Positions 40,659 to 50,772 of a stretch of 64,000 nt of DNA are shown piece by piece. The stretch spans positions 1-64,000 of IMG/VR virus record IMGVR_UViG_3300022890_000014. The stretch is one strand, 5' to 3'. Positions within the stretch are counted from its first letter, which is position 1. Each line of letters begins with the position of its first letter. Both the position numbers and the translations under genes were made by a program. The notes beneath the pieces were generated by a model. That model was not told the origin of the DNA and did not search any database. It worked only from the letters and a program-made list of their open reading frames with translations. The stretch is from a virus.

Positions 40659-40669
40659 ATTTTATCACA
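40659..40669 (-). promoter_or_regulatory. Extended -10 promoter TGTGATAAAAT
   Basis: About 30 nt upstream of ATG 40628. Confidence 0.55.
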
Positions 40670-40736
40670 CTGTGGAAGATAGGGCAAGTAGCAGTATTAT
40701 TATGTGTAGTGTTGTTATGCGTAAGGCTTACGCAGT

Positions 40737-43700
40737 CTAGAAAGTTATTGTTTCTAGCAATACCCTAAGCGAATCGTACACTTTTACCTCACCTGATTCA
40801 TATATGCTAATTGCTTCTTCATCTAGACTATACTCTGGTCTGAGCTTTGAGTAAAGAATTCCTTTTCCTGCTGTGATAGTGCTAGAAATTCCAATCGAAC
40901 TTGTAGACACGAAGGATGTGATTTCATACACACCTTGGCTATCTTCGTGGCTTATTTCAAATTCCAATCCAACAGCTAACAATCCTATGGAATCTTCTAC
41001 TTCAACCTCATGAGTGCCTATATATGCTGTTATCTTTGTGTTAATATTCAACTGAGGTATATTTAACTGCTTGCCTACGTCTGTTGCAGAGAATGGACCG
41101 TATGCAGTTGCAGCATAGAACGAGTTAGGGCTGACTGTAGATACCGAACCACCCTTATAAAATCTCCACGCACCGCCAACCCATATGTATGAGCCTACAT
41201 CACCAGCAGTAAATGGTGAGTTCTCTGTGTCATCCAATGTTAATACAGCAGATGTCTCCCCGTCTTTAGATGAGGGATAGGAATGGTTTGATACAACACT
41301 AGTGAAAGGATCGGCTGAAGATGGGAGTAGTGATGCCCACCATGAGATCGTACTAGTCAAATCCATTATAAAACTAGATACATAGCCGCCTTCATCAGTG
41401 ATGCTAAACTCATCTTCTTGGTCAACTATTATCTGCAATATGAAATCAGTATACTCAGGGCTAACATCTCTCAGGAATTGAGATATTTGGTTTATGTCAG
41501 GAAGATTATTAAATGCTTCTGATGATATTTGACACAAAAACAAGTGCCTTCTTAGAAGAGACTTAGCAAGCTCTCTGTTTGTAGCAGTTGTGTTTTCTGT
41601 GTAGTATTTAGCAAGTGCGGTCTCGCTCATGTTGTCTCTGATGAAATCTGGCTGACTTGTCATGTCAAACAATCTGACAGCAGAAACTATAGCTACATAA
41701 CTGATACTCGATTCATCATTCAAGTCTCCATTTAGAACTACATGAAAGTCCTTCTCAAACTGAGTGATGCTATATGTGCCAGCATTTACACCAACGGGTA
41801 TGTGTATTTTTCCACCAACTGCATTCTTGTCGAAAGGAGCACTATCTCTATCGAAGAACGATCTTCCTATTGTCGAACCAGAAGATGTATATTCAGACCT
41901 GAATCCAGATAGTATTCCAAACTTTTCGACTTTCTCACCAATAGATACATATGGATCTAGTCCATTTGGTAGCTGGTACTGCTCTATGTTTCCATCTGCA
42001 TCTGTAACAGCTACTACCCATCTGCTCCCTAGCTCTATTCTTCTTAAAGAAACTGAGGTGACAGTGCCCTCTGTAAAGGCAAACGGAAGACCCATGAGTA
42101 TATTGACGCCTCTTTCGATAAGGCTTGGCTTCGGTCCTGTCCAGTATGTGATCCACAGTGATAGCAGCGATAGGTAATAGACGGATGAATTCTCTTGATA
42201 GAAGTTTATAAGGCTACCAAACTGCTTGTATGGATCTTCTTTATTTATATATACTTCTGGTGCCCATAGATTGACTCTTGGGTTCTCTCTGAAGTATATA
42301 TATCCATCCTCTTCTAAAAAGAAACCTATGCCTTCTTCTAGGTAAGTTGGCTTGTATGTCATCTCTGCAATAAACTTACCACCAGCAGCTATCTTTGCTG
42401 ATGGAGGTATTACCGCAACTCCACTATCCATATCAACCGTATAATCAGTACCTTGCGTAAGGCTTACGCCTGAGTCAGTTACTAGTTCTAAAGTCAGCAA
42501 AGACTTGTGACCCAAGAATAGTTCATCGTAGTTAGTCAGTGATACGTAGTCGTAAGCTTCATCTGTTGCTTGCTCAACTGTCTCTTGTAGTACTGGTAAT
42601 TCTACTGTCTCAACACCGACCTTTACTCTGTATAGAACTTTGACAGCATACGATATTGTCATCTGTGAACAATCAGCTATCATTCCGAATGGAATTCTCT
42701 TACACATACCAGTAGTAAGATCGACAACTAGATCAGATGGCATAAGCCAAGTAAGAGATGTGTTTGATGTCGTAAGAGTTTTATTGAGTCTTACAGAATT
42801 GCTAGATACGAACTCAGTTATTGTGTACTGACCAGAATCAGTACCACTGGATACAAATATCTTTCTTCCAACGTCTTCTGCTACGAACGGAGTCTCAACA
42901 CTAACTTCTTCAAACAGATTGCTTGCAGCTACAGTCTTTCCGTTAAACCAATCACTGTAGTCGCCCTGAACAAATTCATACTCTAGGCCAACTGCATCAG
43001 TGAACGAAGCAGAATATAGATCAAGATAGTCTCCATCTGCGCTAACGCTTCTCACTCTGTATTTTGCTCCACCGACGTCAACATTTGTCCCAAGGTTAGA
43101 CCTAGTGAACTTACGTATCGATGAATACAATCTTGTCGGGAATGCTAACTTTGTTATTCCATCAGCAACACCACTGTTAACTGCTCTTACTCTTCCTCCT
43201 AATGGAAGTGCATCTACCTTCACAGACTCAATGTTTATAGCGCCTAAGTCAACTATCTTTTCACTATCAAGTATCACAGCCTTGGATCTTCTGGCATAAT
43301 CTTTGAATTTATACTTAGAAGATAGGTCGCTGTTAAGTTCTCCACCTATTGAATAAGTGAGACCTTTTGCAGAACCTAGGCTGGCTAAGTCAAGCTCAAC
43401 TGACTTAATACTATTTACCGCTGCTATGTTATAGAATCTTCCATCTATAGTCAGGTTTGAGTCAACATCTGTATTACTAGATCCATACCCATCTGTTACA
43501 GAATCAAGGAAAGGTCTTCTAGTGTTATCAACCATACTAGTAGGATCAGAAGAAGATACTTCACCAGTAGCTATATACTTTCTGTATCCAGATGTGACAG
43601 TAGCCCATGTTTCTTTTCTATATATGAGAGAGTCGAATACGTTCTGGTACGCATCTAGTTCATACAGTCTTTGCATCAGATTGCCTGCTGTATGAACATT

Positions 43701-44357
43701 ACCCATCCATGCTCTCTCTATCTGCTCTTTATCTTCCGAGCCAACAATATCCCAGACATCACGTATTCCTTTCCAGAAATCTCTAACATCCATAAGGGCT
43801 GTGGGTCTCTCTGGAGCTACGATAGGGATTGTAATAAGTGAGATAGAGTCGGGTGTGGTCTCTCCAGTGGAGAATTTCTTGTTGAACCAGAAGTCATCGC
43901 CTGGATTTATGACTATCGATGTGTCAAGAAGGTATCTATAGGTTGATGTTGTTTTATCTACACCTATTATCTTCGACTTGGTGGTTGTAGATATGAATAC
44001 ATAGTCACCTATTATTGATTCAGAAACCAGGCTATTACACCCTGGCTCAAGGTAAACATCTGGACCAACTACGAAAGTGGAGCCATTGCCTAGCACATGC
44101 ATTGACTGATAAATTGGGTTTGAGTTTACTATCTTTGTTCCGTCACCATCTGACAAAACCATATACCCAGTCATTTTTGCTGATGGATACGGAGAGATGG
44201 CTTTTATTCTTGCATCTAGAAGCTGAACAGAATTCTCAACAAAACTTATATCTCCAGAGAACTCAACATGCGTACTGCCCAGTGGTATATCAAATATGTC
44301 AAACAGAGCTTTCCGTATTTTTATCTCTGACGCATCTTTCTCTATTCGTAATTCCAT
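40737..44357 (-). CDS. Baseplate wedge-like protein with repeated PF-x3-[D/A]VG domains
   Basis: Follows the J-like gene; C-terminal QFLRDVSPEYT wedge-type motif. Confidence 0.6.
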   Translation of the reverse strand: MELRIEKDASEIKIRKALFDIFDIPLGSTHVEFSGDISFVENSVQLLDARIKAISPYPSAKMTGYMVLSDGDGTKIVNSNPIYQSMHVLGNGSTFVVGPDVYLEPGCNSLVSESIIGDYVFISTTTKSKIIGVDKTTSTYRYLLDTSIVINPGDDFWFNKKFSTGETTPDSISLITIPIVAPERPTALMDVRDFWKGIRDVWDIVGSEDKEQIERAWMGNVHTAGNLMQRLYELDAYQNVFDSLIYRKETWATVTSGYRKYIATGEVSSSDPTSMVDNTRRPFLDSVTDGYGSSNTDVDSNLTIDGRFYNIAAVNSIKSVELDLASLGSAKGLTYSIGGELNSDLSSKYKFKDYARRSKAVILDSEKIVDLGAINIESVKVDALPLGGRVRAVNSGVADGITKLAFPTRLYSSIRKFTRSNLGTNVDVGGAKYRVRSVSADGDYLDLYSASFTDAVGLEYEFVQGDYSDWFNGKTVAASNLFEEVSVETPFVAEDVGRKIFVSSGTDSGQYTITEFVSSNSVRLNKTLTTSNTSLTWLMPSDLVVDLTTGMCKRIPFGMIADCSQMTISYAVKVLYRVKVGVETVELPVLQETVEQATDEAYDYVSLTNYDELFLGHKSLLTLELVTDSGVSLTQGTDYTVDMDSGVAVIPPSAKIAAGGKFIAEMTYKPTYLEEGIGFFLEEDGYIYFRENPRVNLWAPEVYINKEDPYKQFGSLINFYQENSSVYYLSLLSLWITYWTGPKPSLIERGVNILMGLPFAFTEGTVTSVSLRRIELGSRWVVAVTDADGNIEQYQLPNGLDPYVSIGEKVEKFGILSGFRSEYTSSGSTIGRSFFDRDSAPFDKNAVGGKIHIPVGVNAGTYSITQFEKDFHVVLNGDLNDESSISYVAIVSAVRLFDMTSQPDFIRDNMSETALAKYYTENTTATNRELAKSLLRRHLFLCQISSEAFNNLPDINQISQFLRDVSPEYTDFILQIIVDQEDEFSITDEGGYVSSFIMDLTSTISWWASLLPSSADPFTSVVSNHSYPSSKDGETSAVLTLDDTENSPFTAGDVGSYIWVGGAWRFYKGGSVSTVSPNSFYAATAYGPFSATDVGKQLNIPQLNINTKITAYIGTHEVEVEDSIGLLAVGLEFEISHEDSQGVYEITSFVSTSSIGISSTITAGKGILYSKLRPEYSLDEEAISIYESGEVKVYDSLRVLLETITF

Positions 44358-44387
44358 TAGAAACTCCGCTTGCGTAAGCCTTACGCA

Positions 44388-46205
44388 TTACTTGTCTGTT
44401 CTTACGGTCGCGGTTACATTGAATGTACCTGGATGAAACCGCACAGTTCTAGGAGACACTGGCTTGTCTGTATCTTTTGGAAGTGCAACATCCGGTATTG
44501 ATATGGTTTCTTTGCTCTTTATCACCTGAACAGTTCCGTTCATATGATGTAGCTCACCACTCCACTCAAAACATTTGTTCATTCCATACACACCATTGTC
44601 AAACAGATACTTCATTACAAGCTCTAGCTCGAAATTGTTGCCATCATAATCTCTTACAAACTTCTCTATCAATGCTACTACTGCATCTGCATCAGGTGCG
44701 CTTGAGTTTGACTTTGCTGTCTCGACTTCGATAGCTCCAGATATAAACATAGGAACGAATAGTCTTGGAAGAATATCTGCTGAGTTAGTTCTCTCATCTC
44801 CATCTCTACAGAAATCATGTATAGATTCTATAGCGGGGACAGCGTGGAACGTGACCCTAACGTCTTTACCTACGTGTATAGGAGCAAACTCTATATAGCT
44901 CTTCTCTAGCATGGAGTATCTATTATGTGGGTTGTCAACTTTAAACTCCCAGTCTCCATCCTCCCCTCTACCATAACCACCCATACCATATGCCGCCTGT
45001 CCGTATCCACCATTTCTAGTAAGGATATTTCCAATTGGTTCTCCTGTTGCTGGATCGAGTTCTTCTACACTAATCACGTTCACAAACACTAAGTCTGTTA
45101 TAGTGTGATCTTCTCTTCCTGCAACTGGTATTCTAGCTATATCTATTGCTATAGGATTGTACGTATAATAAATTAGTGCGCTTTCGTTTGATCCTGTTGT
45201 GCTTACGATTGTTCCTAAAGTTTTATCGATAACATAGTCTGCTGGGTCTAAAAGAAGTCCACCAGAAGTAGTTACTGAAGTAACTGTGACTATTGGTGCC
45301 CTACCTATATAAACAGGAGTGGTCCCATTTAGCTTTCTAGAAGATGTTCTAGATTGCTCTCTATCCGTATCTATTTCAAGAGCCAGTATATCCGCTTCTT
45401 TCTCTTGTAGAGATGGAGTCTTGAGGTGTATATCTGTGTAGCCACCAAGATGTAGGTTTATCTTATTTCCGTTGAAGTCAGTAAGTATATCCCTCATCAT
45501 CTCTGGATCACCCATGCCTATGGGCTGAATCTCTGTTACTGTGCCAGGAAAGTTAGTTGGGAGTACTGTTTTGATACCTCTGTTGGTTGTGAGGTCTCTT
45601 GCTGCAACTGCTTCGTTTATTCTTAAATAAAGCTCTTTGTTTGTCTCTCTTGTGACACCATCAACTATTGATGACTCATCACCTGTGACCGATATATATC
45701 CAGCAAAGATAGTACTCTCTTGGATAGACACAATCTTCTTAAGTTCCTTCTCTTTCTCTTGAGATACAAACTCTGCATCAAAGTAGTAGAAGATTCCATC
45801 TCTCTGGGTGGTAAGCGTGTTCTCTGGCACATCTATGAGTGCTGAGTTCTCCCATAGGTTCCCATCTTCATCCTCTACAAGAAGTTCACCTTCTCCAAGA
45901 GTGTAATCCTGAAGTGTATCTACTAACATCCTTGCTGATTGAGCACCAGTAGAACCTTCTATTCTAGGTATGAGTAGGTTGGCTGCTAAAGCATCCATTC
46001 TCTCTTCGGATATAACATCGTACTGATCCATTCCAGAGCCATCACCGAAAGCCCCTTCAAGGTCAAATAGATATGCATCGTATATATTAGCGTTAGGAAC
46101 AAACACTAAGTCGTGCATTCCTGTTCCCTTACCAGTAGCTATACGCGGATTGAACTCTCTGACTGTGCTCTTTAGAAATTCTATTGATCTAAATTCTATT
46201 GGCAT
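44388..46205 (-). CDS. Baseplate J-like protein
   Basis: MDALAANLLIPRIEG and DGVTRETNKELYLRI, typical of gpJ/gp6 N-terminal domains. Confidence 0.7.
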   Translation of the reverse strand: MPIEFRSIEFLKSTVREFNPRIATGKGTGMHDLVFVPNANIYDAYLFDLEGAFGDGSGMDQYDVISEERMDALAANLLIPRIEGSTGAQSARMLVDTLQDYTLGEGELLVEDEDGNLWENSALIDVPENTLTTQRDGIFYYFDAEFVSQEKEKELKKIVSIQESTIFAGYISVTGDESSIVDGVTRETNKELYLRINEAVAARDLTTNRGIKTVLPTNFPGTVTEIQPIGMGDPEMMRDILTDFNGNKINLHLGGYTDIHLKTPSLQEKEADILALEIDTDREQSRTSSRKLNGTTPVYIGRAPIVTVTSVTTSGGLLLDPADYVIDKTLGTIVSTTGSNESALIYYTYNPIAIDIARIPVAGREDHTITDLVFVNVISVEELDPATGEPIGNILTRNGGYGQAAYGMGGYGRGEDGDWEFKVDNPHNRYSMLEKSYIEFAPIHVGKDVRVTFHAVPAIESIHDFCRDGDERTNSADILPRLFVPMFISGAIEVETAKSNSSAPDADAVVALIEKFVRDYDGNNFELELVMKYLFDNGVYGMNKCFEWSGELHHMNGTVQVIKSKETISIPDVALPKDTDKPVSPRTVRFHPGTFNVTATVRTDK

Positions 46206-46228
46206 GATTATTTCCTATTGCGTAAGGC

Positions 46229-46711
46229 TTACGCACTCATTATTGGAACCATAACTGATGAGGTGTTCCCAGACATGCTAACAATAACAAACTCAACCTC
46301 TATTGCATCAGCAGATACTATATTTAGCTTAGATAGTCTAGCACTATCAAGCATTTCGTCTGGATCTTCGATGCCTTCTTCTAGTTGAGAAGTAGAGATG
46401 TCTTTGTTTGTTTTCGATACAGCTATGTTAAGTTTATTTCTCAGATCTCCCAAGTTCTCTTCGGAGAAAGACTCATCCATTAACTGTATTCCACCACCAC
46501 CATAATCTAGATCGGTTATATCAGATCCAGGATTAGTCATGAATGTACTAAGCCACTTCTGAACAAGAAGAGTATACTTAGTTATCTTTCTAGGGTTATT
46601 TCCCATGCCTGCTTCAATGAAGTAGCTGTTCTCACTTATGTACATACCGTCGTCATTTACTCCGGCATCTGCTTTGACCTTTGGGGTCAAGAACTCTATA
46701 TCAATTGTCAT
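46229..46711 (-). CDS. gp25/gpW-like baseplate protein
   Basis: LVQKWLSTFMTNPGS...DYGGG; position upstream of the J-like gene; stop supplied by the palindrome. Confidence 0.65.
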   Translation of the reverse strand: MTIDIEFLTPKVKADAGVNDDGMYISENSYFIEAGMGNNPRKITKYTLLVQKWLSTFMTNPGSDITDLDYGGGGIQLMDESFSEENLGDLRNKLNIAVSKTNKDISTSQLEEGIEDPDEMLDSARLSKLNIVSADAIEVEFVIVSMSGNTSSVMVPIMSA

Positions 46712-48699
46712 ATGTTCATACCCACGCCTGAAGCTGGATTGCTAAGTAAACTTCTAATCATATGCTCTATATCTAATATTCTTTTTGTAAGGTTCTTTAC
46801 AGCCTGAACAGACCTGTTTGATATACTCACCTTACCCAAGAACCTTGTTCTCTCTTTTCTAGATAACTCTATTGATGTATCGTAGTACTTAGCTCTCTCT
46901 ACTTCATTGGCAGCATTAGCAGCAAGGTTTCTTACACATGCTGCTGCTAAACCAATGTAAGATGCTATCTCTGGTGTCGCACTAAGTACAGACGTTATAT
47001 CTCCTACGTTTAGATCATCAAACATCTTGTCGAATCCAGCTAAGTTTATCATCTTGAACAGAGACTCCATTCTTCCTGCAAACTCTGGCTCTGGACTGAA
47101 CTTTAATAGGTGGGAGTTTATATCAGCCTCGTATCCTTCTAAAGAAGAAATACTTATTTTAAAGCTTTTTAGTTCTGTATCTGCATCTGTTAGCAATCTG
47201 GTCATGTCTTCTGAACTCTTTGATCCTGGAAGTGCTAGGACTAACTTTATAGCTCTGCTTGCACTATTTATTCCAGCTACAAATCCAATGTCAGAACTTA
47301 TTCCACCAGAGATTAAATCTATAGTTGAAGCAGTGGTGTCAAGATCTCCCCATTTATAGTGACTGTCCTTGAGTGACTTTAATGATCTTTCATATGCAGT
47401 ATAGAATACACTACTGACAGGGCTTTCATTAGTTTTCTTTTCTTGATACATGTCTCTCGTAATAATGTTGAGTGTAGCCATCATGGAGGCTATATCACCC
47501 ATCCATTTTCCAACATCTATGTGTTCTATTGAGTTATCGCTTGGCCTAGTTGGAACTAGCAGTATTTCCTGGTAGGTAGCTAGCTTTACCACCAGTTTAT
47601 CTACTCTTGACTTAAGAGTTGTTAGTATTCTTTGGAAGAACTGAGATCTGTTAGTTTCTGCCGATAATGGTTGTTCCATGAATTTCTTCACGGCCTGATA
47701 GTTTATCAATGCCTGGGATACATTTATAGACTCCACTCCTATCAGTCGTATTAAATCAGTAACTTCTATCATCTTAAGATTCATCTTTGATAGAAGTATC
47801 TGAAGCGGATCTTTAACCTTCGGAACATTCTTTAATAGCAGAAAGGCTGCTTTTATTGGTTGACTCATTCCTATAGATAGCAACTCTTCAACTGCACTAT
47901 CACTAAAATCAAAACTATTAATGCCACTTGCAGCATTTATCTTATTAATAATGTCATCTTCTGGAATTTTGGACAAAATAGCTTCTGACAACTCATCATT
48001 ATTAGTTATAGCAAATCCACCCATTACCGCATCTAATGGAGATAGTGCATTCAGTGCTTTCTTTAGAGATGCCCTTGCATTGGTTACACTGTTCATATCT
48101 ATTTTTTTTCTGAATGCAGCAGCCCTTGCTGTGTCTATACTTAGTGCTGCATCCGTCAGGTTAGTTATGGCTGTGCTTATTGTTAGACTTATTCGTGGAG
48201 CAACAGGCCCATCTTTCTGTAGCTTTCTGCCTGTCTCTATCATAGACTCTATACCTAGTGATAGTTTTGATATTAGTTCTTTTCTAGCAGCTACAGCAGA
48301 ATAGTAGGCTTTCTTTGCATTAGATGCAAACATAAGTGGGCTTTTGTCAGTTAGTTGTATAACTAGCTGGATCATACTGAATGATATATCGGTAAAGTTT
48401 TTTATCTTATCTACGGTTTCTCTTGTGCCAGGAAACGTACTAGATATGCTGTCTAGTATTTCTACTACAGCACCTCTTATTAATTGTTGTGTGAACTCGC
48501 TTCCTATTCCTTCAGATGCAGCCTTAGCTAACTTTGATGCATTCCCTATGATGTCATCAGTGACGGCTTCTTTTAACGCATCTATAGCAGAAGATGGATC
48601 TAAGCCCCTAACAGTTCTGGTTATTGAACTACTTAGTCGCAAAATCTCTCTAGTTGCGTATACTTCTAATCCTGGGCATGATATTGTTTTTGATGGCAT
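46708..48699 (-). CDS. Helical hypothetical protein (baseplate operon)
   Basis: 663-aa ORF; start codon abuts the palindrome at 48699. Confidence 0.7.
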   Translation of the reverse strand: MPSKTISCPGLEVYATREILRLSSSITRTVRGLDPSSAIDALKEAVTDDIIGNASKLAKAASEGIGSEFTQQLIRGAVVEILDSISSTFPGTRETVDKIKNFTDISFSMIQLVIQLTDKSPLMFASNAKKAYYSAVAARKELISKLSLGIESMIETGRKLQKDGPVAPRISLTISTAITNLTDAALSIDTARAAAFRKKIDMNSVTNARASLKKALNALSPLDAVMGGFAITNNDELSEAILSKIPEDDIINKINAASGINSFDFSDSAVEELLSIGMSQPIKAAFLLLKNVPKVKDPLQILLSKMNLKMIEVTDLIRLIGVESINVSQALINYQAVKKFMEQPLSAETNRSQFFQRILTTLKSRVDKLVVKLATYQEILLVPTRPSDNSIEHIDVGKWMGDIASMMATLNIITRDMYQEKKTNESPVSSVFYTAYERSLKSLKDSHYKWGDLDTTASTIDLISGGISSDIGFVAGINSASRAIKLVLALPGSKSSEDMTRLLTDADTELKSFKISISSLEGYEADINSHLLKFSPEPEFAGRMESLFKMINLAGFDKMFDDLNVGDITSVLSATPEIASYIGLAAACVRNLAANAANEVERAKYYDTSIELSRKERTRFLGKVSISNRSVQAVKNLTKRILDIEHMIRSLLSNPASGVGMNI

Positions 48700-48741
48700 G
48701 CGTAAGCCTTACGTGTAGTGTTATCTAAAAAATATATAGAT

Positions 48742-48752
48742 ATTGTACCACA
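48742..48752 (-). promoter_or_regulatory. Extended -10 promoter TGTGGTACAAT
   Basis: Upstream of the baseplate operon. Confidence 0.55.
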
Positions 48753-48786
48753 TGTATCTTACTTAGTAAAAGGAGGGGTGTGTGTG

Positions 48787-49671
48787 TTAGTATATCTTCA
48801 TTCTATTTGCGCATCTTATGTTTAGTATGGATTTATGATTTGGATTAACACCTGGCCTTGGGTGTCTCTCATCTTCTTCAGGGGGAACACCGAGCATTTC
48901 GTTGTAAAACATAGATTCATTATGTAAAGAAGGAAGTTTACCAGATGCATGCGCATCTATTGATAACTTGTAGTGAGGTTTTGGATACGGATCTATATAA
49001 GAAATATCCTCCCATGCTTTCCAGCACAAAAGGTCTTTATCATTATCAGCACCTTTTATAAACAGAGACTCCTCTCTTTTGCCAAGTCTCCACCAATCAT
49101 TAATAAAGAATTCTTTTACAGGATCTTTCTTTCTTAATGATTTAGCCAACATTTCTTTTACTTCGTCGCCAGTGTATCCCCAAGGAACACCTATGCCGAA
49201 CTTGTTGCCTATTGATATAGTGTCTATAAGTGGCGAGCCTTTCCATGCCTGCATGCCCATAGACTTAGTTTCAGTTGAAGTTTTAAATCTAAGAACCTGA
49301 ACCATTAACTCTCTGTGGGATTCATTTAGTTTTTCACTACTAACTAGACCGAGACTATGCATTGACACCATGCTTGCGTAGTTAAGTGTGGTAGTGGTTA
49401 AGTTTTGCATCCTTGCAATGTCTGCATCTGAATGATTAGTCTTGCAAATCTTATCTAGCCACACACTACTGGAGTTGCGCTCACCACCCTCGAAATATTC
49501 AAACTCGCTTCCGTTAATCATTTCTTTTTTCTTAGAATTTTCCACTTTGCTACCTATGAAGTTAGACATAGTTTCTTGTTCTCTAACTACCTGGCTTTCA
49601 TATTTCTCTCGGTTTTCAGGATTAAAGAAGTATGTTGTGCTTGCGTAAGGCTTACGCATTCCATCAGACAT
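48787..49671 (-). CDS. Hypothetical protein
   Basis: AGGAG SD; in-frame palindrome near the N-terminus (MRKPYA). Confidence 0.7.
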   Translation of the reverse strand: MSDGMRKPYASTTYFFNPENREKYESQVVREQETMSNFIGSKVENSKKKEMINGSEFEYFEGGERNSSSVWLDKICKTNHSDADIARMQNLTTTTLNYASMVSMHSLGLVSSEKLNESHRELMVQVLRFKTSTETKSMGMQAWKGSPLIDTISIGNKFGIGVPWGYTGDEVKEMLAKSLRKKDPVKEFFINDWWRLGKREESLFIKGADNDKDLLCWKAWEDISYIDPYPKPHYKLSIDAHASGKLPSLHNESMFYNEMLGVPPEEDERHPRPGVNPNHKSILNIRCANRMKIY

Positions 49672-49768
49672 GTGTTTCTCCTAAAAAAAAGCAAGTATGA
49701 CGAACCAAGAAGACTCACGTTGTGTTCATCCGCGTACTGGGTGAGGTTATATCATACTTACTTAGGTG

Positions 49769-49854
49769 TGGTAAGGGCAGGATTTGAACCTGCATCTCCA
49801 TGCACTGGGACTTTGCAAGTACCGTATGGCGCATAACCATTATGCTACCCTTCC
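49769..49854 (-). tRNA. Non-canonical tRNA-like RNA, GCA (Cys) loop on an elongated anticodon arm
   Basis: GGAAGGG-TA-GCAT/AATGGTT/ATGC-G-[32-nt arm with TTGCAAA loop]-AGAT-GCAGG/TTCAAAT/CCTGC-CCTTACC-A; no encoded CCA. Confidence 0.7.
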
Positions 49855-49857
49855 AAA

Positions 49858-49937
49858 CTATAGCCTCGCCGGACTTGAACCAGTATCTCCCTCCCAATGG
49901 AGGGCGCATGAACCAGAATCATGCTGTATAGCTATAG
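49858..49937 (-). ncRNA. Second tRNA-like RNA with aberrant anticodon loop and acceptor stem
   Basis: CTATAGC/GCTATAG closing stem, D-like arm GCATGA/TCATGC, CCCTCC-ATTG-GGAGGG hairpin, T-arm CTGG-TTCAAGT-CCGG. Confidence 0.6.
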
Positions 49938-50085
49938 TGAGATTTATTCAATACGTCCTCGACAACTGCTTTGTTTGTCGGTACTAGTATCTATTGCCAG
50001 TAAAAAAACTTAGCAAGATGTAAGCAAACATCCCACATCATAGATTCTTTATTGGCATGGCAGAATCTCACAACTGCCGCATATT

Positions 50086-50725
50086 TAAAAAGAACCAAGA
50101 AAGGCGAGGTGAATCCTCACTTGGTTCTTAATCCAACTATCGCTAGCTGGTTGAAGAAAGAAAAGTTAACATATCCTGGCAAAAGTGTAGATGTCACTCA
50201 AACTTTACATCTACATAAAGCGTAACTTCAGAATGAAGCCAGAACTTTAGATATGTCAACTAGATGTGTTCAGTTCTTTGCGTCGATTCTCTATTTTGTG
50301 TGTCCGGCAGTATGGTTATAAACTAGTTCTTTCTTTACAAAGAGCCTTACTTATGATCATTTTCTGCCCCAACCTGTGTACTAACCACTCCTATGGTCAA
50401 TCGACTATTCCATTGAAAATGCTCTGGCCCCTGGTTTGTATCAAAAAGGTTATTTCTCAACGTTTCTGCCGAGTTAATCTTTTGGTGCCAGGTTCGCCAG
50501 GTTTTCAACCAGGATAGCTTAGTTCTGCTGAATCTGACCAGGATGGTTTGCCAGATCTGCGCTCGCGAGTCGAACTTTAGACCTGACATTCTTCCTGGTT
50601 TCTTACCTACACTTGCTAGAGACCGTCCTCCTATACGTTCGTATCGCAAACGCTTCAAGCGGAGAAAAAGACAATAAAGTCTTCAGTGGCAATTAACCCA
50701 CTGAGGTAGCCAAGAAACTGAAACT
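50086..50725 (-). ncRNA. Candidate large structured ncRNA (~630 nt)
   Basis: No convincing ORF; extended -10 at 50732-50742; many hairpins; terminator-like hairpin plus U-run at ~50086-50130. Confidence 0.45.
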
Positions 50726-50772
50726 ATATACACTATAACACATCATCTATATATCTTGTACCCTTTTTTTTA

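Noticed and set aside
50540-50600. GTTCGACTC T-loop-like sequence suggesting a tRNA or tmRNA
   Set aside because: No pairing T-stem, acceptor stem or CCA, and no convincing tag ORF; kept only as part of the unassigned ncRNA candidate.
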